NCBI GenBank assembly: GCA_951406725.2
Contig: OX597828.1
Coordinates: 75,826,001 to 75,890,000, forward strand
DNA from: Octopus vulgaris
Lineage: Eukaryota
Direction of reading: 5' to 3'
Length of the DNA: 64,000 bases
Positions 55,511-64,000 of the stretch are shown in pieces; the first letter of the stretch is position 1, and each line of letters opens with the position of its first letter. Below the pieces are notes generated by a model that saw only the letters and a list, made by a program, of their open reading frames with translations, made no database searches and had not been told where the DNA came from. Position numbers and translations under genes: made by a program.

Positions 55511-56628
55511 TTCCTATTGTTAATTCTAATAGGACTGTTGAAGAGTAACTACAAGACATCGTCGTTGTTTCATCTCTCTATCAGTTTACTTGTAATTAAT
55601 GTTGTTTATCAAGACCTTGGTTAACCTTGATAAAAGACATTCCCACTGTGACCACCTCATATTATAGCAATATCCAAGATTAGATTTTCTAAAGCATTAT
55701 CATTTAAAAAGGTTAGAGAACTTTTAATTCTAGTCAGTTTATTATATAGAAGCCATTTCATAGATTTCATGTCGTTCTAGGTTTAAATCTGTCCAGATAT
55801 TTATTTTCTTCAATCATAAGTACCAGTAATATACGAGGCTTGTTTGAGTCGCCCATACCCAATTCAAAAATGTTCCTATTGTACCCAACTTACACGGTAA
55901 TGTTTGGTTATTTAGTTACCTCTGTTCACAATCTAGATTCTTCTCCAGGTAATATTTACTTTCTTTCAATACAATTATTGTCAGGTAATCAATGCGGATC
56001 AATTATAGTAACATGCAATTATTGTGACCCAGAGTGTAATTTATAAATCTTGCTAGAATTTCCGTACCGTCAATAATGACAAATTTTTACTCTTTTAAAT
56101 TTAAATATGATAATAAAATACAGTTTTCCCATCCGTGTTCCACCATCCCAGGAAACAATTTTGCCTATTATACTTCAGTTGAAAATAAGTTCTAGTAATA
56201 TTAGAAGATCGATCTAATCAGGTTTTTAGTTTCTTAGTAGATATGTATCGGAAATCATTTATTCGAACACATCATTTTAATGCTAAATATCGAAATGAAT
56301 ACAGCCCTAAATAATCGCATTTAACATTGGGTGAAAAACCTCTTGGAATGAAAAAAAATTTGGAAAGCTAACTACAAGAGGGCTATTTTGCAGCGAAGAA
56401 ATGTTTAAAATTCATTGTATTACGTGCAATTGCTTATAGCTATAACATAACGACTTTGAGATTAACCCGATCAGTTTCCAATTTATCGAAGCTTCTGCCC
56501 TCTTACTATTAATCTGACGATGTGTTTATGCTGGAGATAGTCATCACCTTTTTATTTTATTTCTCTTATAGAGATTTCAGGAGAGAGGTAAATCGCAATT
56601 ATGCCAACATTGACCTAACGCACACACG

Positions 56629-56664
<36 letters not shown>

Positions 56665-57545
56665 ATCGAGCATGGAAAGATGACAAGCAAAACTGACCTC
56701 GACATGATTGCAAATTAAATGTATATCGATTCTGACTATGCCACGCTATTTTATCCTCCATTGTACCGTTTCTCCGATTCCATCACCTTTTTCAAAATTC
56801 TGCACATTATAAACACTTTCCGTTATTTTCTCTACAATTCACCTGGTTTTACTTAATCTGTCAATTTTCCTCCTGTCTCGTTAGAAGAATCGGTAGCTAT
56901 TATCGCTTAGTCAGCATAAATTATCTCCTATTGTCTTTGTATTGACTTACATCCCATTCCTACAAGTAATACCAAATCATTTCTCCTGTGACCTACACTA
57001 TACTTTAAAGTATGATATATTCATGTACCAAGTTCATGTAATCGGTAGACCCTCTTCATGAAACAACAGCCAAATTTCTGTCAAATAACAAGTAACAATA
57101 TTAGTCTGATGTAAACTTCGTACAAAACAACGAGATTGCTCCAAGTGAAGTATCTGTCATTATGGGATGACACAATAAGAACTCACCTGGTACTAATATG
57201 AACAACGACGACAACAAATACAAATATAGCGTTAAATCCCTCATATAAACACTGTTTTGCTAGAAACAACAGCCAAATCTGTCTTAAGGCAATGACTTCT
57301 CAAAAAAGACCGATACTTAATTTTATATCACAAAAATGGGTTAGAATTTATTTAACCATAAATCAATTTTACTAAAACAATAACAGGACATAATATAAAA
57401 CCACATGAAAATGAGAAATAGTCTACTTGTTTCAAATTTATATTCTGTATGGTAGCTTAATCTCCGCCCACCACATCTTACAAGTACTTCTCTTCGATAT
57501 AGCAACCATATAGATTCATATCTTCTGGGAGGAACGCACTGTGGA

Positions 57546-57578
<33 letters not shown>

Positions 57579-57739
57579 GATAACTGAAAATACATATCTA
57601 CACACGGCTATTAGTACATATTCACACTTACAAATTGATGCACCACTGATAGGAGTGTGAATGTACATATCTTTAGACACACTCGCATACGATCCAGCCA
57701 GTTGCTTGTGGGCATGTCGATGCTCACATCCCCATAAGT

Positions 57740-57819
<80 letters not shown>

Positions 57820-58291
57820 TAATATATACACATATACATATTTATATACATCCACATATGAATACATGCCTCTCTCTCTCTCTATATATATACACATACA
57901 TCCACATAGAGGAAATACTTTTAATTAAAGTGTTATTTACTTCATCTATAGTATGTAATTGATTAGACGTAATCAGCAATGTATCAGTGACATTGATCAA
58001 TACATAGCATGACCCAAATCTTATTGTGTTTGCACTTTTCTTATTATTTCTATTTCCAATAGGCTGAATACAGTGTCAACTCGCTGTGTAGGTATATGCA
58101 AGTGTCTGTGCATGTATGTTTATGTATATATGTGAGTACATATATGTGCGTGTATGTCTTGTAAGTGGGTGTGACTAGTCTCCAGTTATTTTTCTTTATT
58201 GGAAGTAGGTAAGCATGCGTCTTAAGATCCTCCTATATTCAAGCCATGCTCTCTCTTTCCCCTCTCTCTATGCACATTCTATATATGCCCG

Positions 58292-58325
<34 letters not shown>

Positions 58326-59219
58326 CATGGTGTTAAGTTGCATGTAGAATTGAGAAAGTACTGATTAATACAATCTAGTAAATATATATTGATTACTGTT
58401 AATGTTGTTTACGTCCATACTGATTCAAGTTTCGCACCAAAGAGGTTTGCACTGGAGAGGAATTCAACAAATAGTCTTATGAAAATTCTGACAAAACTAT
58501 TGCATTGTTGATGTTTACTGTCAGAAGAAGGTTTTTGCTCTAAACTGCCTACTTGTCTCAAATGTTTACATAATTAATTGAATAAGTTTTAATTTCTGTG
58601 TTACACTTAATTCCTACATCGGCAATGTGACAGTATTTCTTGCCTTTTTCTTGACAGTTTCTGTTCCTTTAATTAGAATGGAATTTTCTCTGCAATTCAA
58701 GTCGGCATTACTGACGTACAATTATCAATACATTGGTTGTTCAATTGCCATACGAGTTTACACCAAGCTAACATATATCACATCTCTTCAATCTACTTCT
58801 AATTCAATACGAATCTTTGTTCTACTTGTTCGATGCTTTTGCATATCAGCAAATAGATTTAACGCTATTTTCATATAGACATCAGACCACCGATTCGTTT
58901 CGAGGTGACTCGAGTTTACGGTACCGAGAAGCAGAAGTAACAACGAAATATTGATAGCCACCGTTCTCGTTCAATTACAAGGCGATTCGTTTTGCTTGTT
59001 CTTGAGATATTCAGTGAGATATTTTTGGTTGACACTCGACGTCTTTAAAGCAACTTTCCCCTGGACAAAATTCCGTAGTTGATAAATCAAAACACATACA
59101 TTGTGTAACATCAATCATGTTTATCTAATTAAGGCTGCTTTTAATTGAAAATGTTATACACACACACACATGTGCGTGTTTCATACAAAGCAGAAGAGGA
59201 GTTAGAGGAAATGGGAAAG

Positions 59220-59240
59220 AAAGAAAGAAAGAGAGAAAGA

Positions 59241-59306
<66 letters not shown>
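59220..59306. repeat. (GAAA)n/(GA)n microsatellite
   Basis: Direct inspection. Confidence 0.97.
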
Positions 59307-59309
<3 letters not shown>

Positions 59310-59935
59310 TGAGGCAAACATGGCTGTTTCATATCTTGTAGTTGCCGAAGTGTTCGAGGTTCACTTTGTCTCAACCTAATCAATTCGTTGATGGCCAAGC
59401 GTCATAGTTTATGTGGTCGTGTTGAGTAACTGATTGGATATCATATTATAAGAATAAATTCTAGAAGCAAGGTTAAAACATTGCTGTAAAGAGACAGAGA
59501 GAGCAATATAAAATTGACAACGGTTTATGTAGATGGCGTTACTGAATTCAGATCCAAACAGAGGACGATATATATTAAAACTACTGTAGTTACATGTCTA
59601 AATCTTCTAAAATCAAGAAGGATAAAGTAGGTGTTAGAACACAAAAGAGGCGGGTTGGTTACTGACAGAAGCCCTTGGATCATAGAGCGTTTCGTTTAGT
59701 GGCATCCTGAGGCAAAATAACTCCAGCCACCATTTTCAGTATAGAATAAAGAAATCTGTATTCTTCTTCAAAATGATTGGCTCAAGTACGTTTCATACGA
59801 GGTAAAAAAAAGAAAGAACGAAAGAAAATAGCCTCAGAGAAAATTAAATAATGAGTTTTGATTCCCACGAAGTCAGTTAATTTGCTTATAAATGTTATCT
59901 AAGTTGAAAATTGCCATTATCATACATCGATTGAG

Positions 59936-60145
59936 GGCGGCGAGCAGACAGAATAGTTAGCACTTCAGACAAAATTCTTAGCGGTATTTCGCTTATCTTT
60001 ACTTTCTGAATTCAAAATCCGCCAATGTCGACTTTGCTTTTCATAAAGTCGGGTCGATAAAATAAGCACCAGTTGAGCACTGTGGTCGATGTAAGCGACT
60101 TTATTACTCACTGCAAATTCCAGGCCTTGTGCCTCTAGTAGGAAC
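59936..60145 (+). mobile_element. SINE family B
   Basis: GGCGGCGAGC...GTCGACTTTGCTTTTCAT..GGGTCGATAAAATAAGCACCAG...GGCCTTGTGCCT. Confidence 0.88.
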
Positions 60146-61028
60146 GATGCATTTAGATTAGTGCTTTCATATTATTTTGAAGACATTTCAGCTTTTGTAT
60201 CCCCAGGTTTCACATGCCTGCTATATTTGTTAATGCGTTTGAATTTTGCAGACGAACCCTTACATAATCCATAGTTTTACGGTGTGCCCAAACCGATGTC
60301 TGAGCCATGGATACTCTACATGTGATCCCACTTGCTTGAACCAGAATATAAAACCAGCTCCATAGAACAAATGGTTAGAGGAACAAGTAAAATGGAAATC
60401 CGCAGGGAAGCGGAAATACCAGTCTTGGCCGAAGAACTGCAGTGGGTAGAATGAGGTTAATCAATGCAAGATTTAGTACCGAAAGTCAAAACAAGATCAC
60501 TAAAAACTACTGACGGTTAAACCAGTTGCAAGTATCAGCGGATATGATGGGCTTTTATAACCTTCTACATTGTCCCGACATAACGAAGATAAAGTACATG
60601 AGAGACTTTAAAACCATTAAAACTGCTACCATAAAGAAAGTTTAGCATTTATTTTCTGCAATTCACTTCTCCTTTGGGACAGAGCATAATGAATATAAGC
60701 GTTATGTCTACGTTAGGTTTAGTAGGTTAGTTATCTCCTTATAACGAGTTCAATCTTTTGGACAGTTAATCTAATATGATGGGGTTGAACCTATTATAGA
60801 ATTAACAGCACAAATTATAGGATAACTAAATAGAATATCCCTGCTATAAATTAGGGACACGATTCCTAGTCTCTCGAACATTAGCTAGATAGCACGATAT
60901 CCACAAATGTGGATACCTGGTGACTACAGATATCCACATTTGTTGCATAGATAACATCTATGGAAATATTTGGCTGATAATTATCCATAGAAACAAACTC
61001 TCTCTCTATATATATGTATATATATATA

Positions 61029-61108
<80 letters not shown>

Positions 61109-61115
61109 TAGATAG

Positions 61116-61501
61116 ATAACAATAATTAAGGGTTAGCAACCAGTTGCTTAACCACATACCGAAAAATTTAGAAATAGCAGCCAAAAGACCGTTCTTTTCG
61201 CTACAAAATATGACTCCACAGACAACCCACTCTGTAACTATTTTTGCCTGTGTGAGTTACAGAGAGGGTTGTCTATTGGAGTCATATTTTGTAGCGAAAA
61301 GAACGGTCTTTTGGCTGCTATTTCTAAATTTTTCGGTATGTGGTTAAGCAACTGGTTGCTGAACCCTTAATTATTGCTATAATTATATATAAAACTTCTT
61401 GTATAAGTTTTTACCGAATATGGTTCCTTTCCATATCGAAACTACTTGGTGAAATTTATTAATTATAAATTAATAATTTTTTACCCTATATCTATAATGA
61501 C
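61116..61501. mobile_element. Palindromic mini-element in (TA)n with a decayed hammerhead in its tail
   Basis: Arms 61116-61239 and 61255-61380 are near-perfect with a 15-nt loop; tail 61403-61459 has ATATGG(TTCCTTT)CCATATC-GAAA-CTAC-TT inside a long stem I. Confidence 0.8.
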
Positions 61502-61772
61502 TATATATATATATATATATATATTGAGAGAGAGAGAGACGTAAATAGATACATAAATACATATACAGACAATTACATACATCCAAAAATCCTCACACAT
61601 CTCACACAAAAAAAAAACATATACAAATATATGCACATACCTGTTATGTTCGTGTGTGAGAGCGAAACAGAAAGACGAAAGATTGAGGTGCAGAAAGGAG
61701 TTAAAACATCGTTATTGAAAGAGATATGATTTCTGGTTAGTATTTTTCAACGAATCTGATGAGGTACCTCAC

Positions 61773-62060
61773 CATCGTTGACACCAAAGACTTATAAGGT
61801 TCTAAAAAAATACCAATATATTTTTAGAATGCTGTCTTTGCAGCTGCATGATAAATACTTCAGCCGTCCGCCTTTTCTGCTGAGTCCAAGCGTCGACTTC
61901 GTGAAGACACGACCGACATTGAAACCGTCTTCGCTGAAAAGTAATTTCTCTGGAAGCAGACGACACAAGATGTCGTCTGCTGAAGAAGAAAAACTGGAGA
62001 AAAGCAGAATGGGTCGGTTGTATCCGGATATTACCGGTTTAGACGTCGTTTGTGGTGTAA
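61773..62060 (-). other. Candidate CpG-rich 5' UTR exon ending in ATG
   Basis: A long pyrimidine tract (62061-62340) ends ccgtcacgtacag; the 288-nt exon ends ACGATG|gtgagg, with an upstream in-frame stop. Confidence 0.4.
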
Positions 62061-62433
62061 CTGTACGTGACGGAGAGAGGGAGGGGGAGACGACACGAGG
62101 GCAGGAGAGTGGTGGGTAAGGGAGGGAGGAGAAAAGTAACGTAAGAAAGTGTAGCAAACGGGAAAATAGAGAGAGAGGAAGTGAGATGTGTGAGAGAGAG
62201 GGAGGGACAAGAGTAAGGGGAGACAGGAGTGAAAGAGTGATATGAAATAGAGGGAAAGAAGGAGGATTCAATAAGAGTTGAGTTAAAAAGGGTAAAATAG
62301 AAAAGAATATGAAAGAGAAAGAGAGGCGAGAGAAAGACCAATAGCTTAACTTAACCATAAAAGTGTGTATGTGCTTAGGTCTATGATGATTATATATATT
62401 ATTATTATATATATTGTTATCTTACCGTTTTAT

Positions 62434-62482
<49 letters not shown>

Positions 62483-62484
<2 letters not shown>

Positions 62485-62765
62485 TGCAGGAATGTCTGTG
62501 TGGTAAGAAGCTAATGGCGCAAGCGTGGCTATTTTGTAAGAACCTTGTTTCCAAACCACATGGATTTGTGTGTGTGTTTGACACCCCACCATCGCCTTAC
62601 AACCAATGTTGGTGCATTTGCATCCCCGTCACCCAGTGGTTCGACAAAAGAGACCGATAGATTAAGTAATAGGCTTACAAAAAAAATAAGTCCTGGGGTC
62701 GATTTGTTCCACAAAAGGCGGTGCTCCAGCATGGCCGCAATCAAACGACTGAAGCAAGTATAAGA
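62483..62765 (+). mobile_element. SINE family A with duplicated head and internal deletion
   Basis: Two head starts, then the 3' half ending GGCGGTGCTCCAGCATGGCCGCA. Confidence 0.85.
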
Positions 62766-62802
62766 AATATATGGACGTAGTCGTGTGGTGGTGAGCACGT
62801 GC

Positions 62803-62844
<42 letters not shown>

Positions 62845-63109
62845 TGCTAATCGTATATGAGTAAATTTTAAGTATTCCTGCCTTAAACAAATAAATTTTC
62901 CTATCCGATGTGGCATTCCTCTTGTTTTAAGATGCCAACGAGTGATTCTGAAGAAAATTCAACCGTTTTTTAAAAAAAGGCTGCTATTTTTTAGCATATG
63001 ATGAAACTACACAGATCTTTTTATCTTGAATTTGTGTATACATATATACGTTCAAACACGCATATAGCCTTTCTATTAGAAATAGAAGTCCTGAAGTTTT
63101 TAAGGGAGT

Positions 63110-63215
63110 AGATGAGGTTAGTCGATCACACCGAGCCGAGTACATCGACCCCGAGAATATGAATGGTAAAGCCGACCTCGGTGAAGTTTGAGCTGAGAGA
63201 GTAAAGCCGAGGGAA
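63110..63215 (-). mobile_element. SINE family B fragment
   Basis: ATCGACCCCGAGAATATGAATGGTAAAGCCGACCTCGG. Confidence 0.6.
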
Positions 63216-63522
63216 ATGTGACGGTTTTGCCAGGTCGGCTTCACGTATTAGTTATCGCCTATTACGATGTTGATATTCGATGCATGGTAACGTATGAGAT
63301 GAGAGCGAGGGAAAGGAGAGAGCGAGAGAGAAAAGTTCCTGACTTTAAGGGTGTCGCGAAAGGCTGGTTGGAGGCCCAACGTTCCAAGTTCTGAAGGACT
63401 GCTGTAATTAGTGAATCTCAGAGGGGAATATTTTGAATAAAATTACAATTAACTGATCCTCCTCTATTTTCTTTTATCCAAAGCCAGAAACTTCTCAACA
63501 TCTCTCTTTTATGTGTATGAGT

Positions 63523-63554
<32 letters not shown>

Positions 63555-63556
<2 letters not shown>

Positions 63557-63857
63557 TCAGTGGTTAGGGCAGCGGACTCGCGGTCGTAGGATCGCGGTTT
63601 CGATTCCAAGACCGGGCGTTGTGAGTGTTTAGTGAGCGAAAACACCTAAAGGTCCGCGAGGCTCCGGCAGAGGGTGGTGGCGATCCCTGCTGTACTCTTT
63701 CGCCACAACTTTCTTTCACTCTTTCTTCTGTTGGCCTGCTCGCTTAGCCAGGGGAGGGCTGGCGTCATTTGAAGGCTAAAACAATGCGAAGCGCATTGTG
63801 ACCAGCGATGTGTAGCAACATTTGATAGCCTGGTCGGTCACGGTGATCACGGTGATA
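63555..63857 (+). mobile_element. tRNA-derived SINE family D
   Basis: CTCAGTGGTTAGGGCAGCGGACTCGCGG..GGTTTCGATTCC tRNA-like head, unique body and (TCACGGTGA)2 tail. Confidence 0.8.
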
Positions 63858-63906
63858 TATATATATATATATATATAGTATTAATTAATAGATGAATTTC
63901 GTATTA

Positions 63907-63950
63907 GACAACATAGGTTTCGATCCATCACTCTGGGTCTCTTCAGGTAC
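63907..63950 (-). ncRNA. Minimal type-I hammerhead motif (PLE-type end, truncated by the window edge)
   Basis: GTAC-CTGAAGA-GACCCA(GAGTGA)TGGATC-GAAA-CCTATG-T-T-GTC; the tail runs into (TA)n at 63877. Confidence 0.6.
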
Positions 63951-64000
63951 AGTTCCTGAAGTAGATCCAACGGAAGCGTACCACAACTGCGGATGACAAG

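Noticed and set aside
56951-56959. 9-nt microexon-like segment (minus)
   Set aside because: Weak pyrimidine tract; chance level.
57187-57192. 6-nt microexon-like tag|TACCAG|gtgagt (minus)
   Set aside because: Such short AG-GT pairs are expected by chance; no supporting evidence.
58620-59090. Coding-like minus-strand stretch
   Set aside because: Several stops and no recognisable motif.
61749-61780. CTGATGAG-GTAC-CTC within AACGA/TCGTT
   Set aside because: Lacks GAAA and overlaps a candidate splice donor.
63555-63625. tRNA gene
   Set aside because: The acceptor stem is missing and the sequence continues into a SINE body and tail.

Overview
AT-rich, microsatellite-saturated animal genomic DNA, probably intronic or intergenic. 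The SINE families and the density of (TA)n/(CA)n repeats point to an octopus (coleoid cephalopod); this is inference from recalled repeat families, not a database result. No intact multi-exon protein gene can be supported, and nearly all ORFs in the track are translations of dinucleotide repeats or chance ORFs. The recognisable content is decayed mobile DNA: a Ty3/Gypsy pol with a 3' LTR, a Tc1 transposon, CR1/RTE LINE fragments, about 20 tRNA-derived SINE copies in at least four families, a piggyBac-type MITE, and about ten Penelope-like element (PLE) end fragments, most of them abutting (TA)n arrays. The most interesting signal is a set of minimal type-I hammerhead ribozyme motifs in these PLE-type ends, several with palindromic stem III (dimer-type). 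The best is a ~296 bp near-perfect palindrome (8328-8623) whose two arms each carry a complete hammerhead with a compensatory G3:C8 core swap (GUGAACA instead of CUGANGA). A few isolated splice-site-flanked exon candidates on both strands are reported at low confidence.
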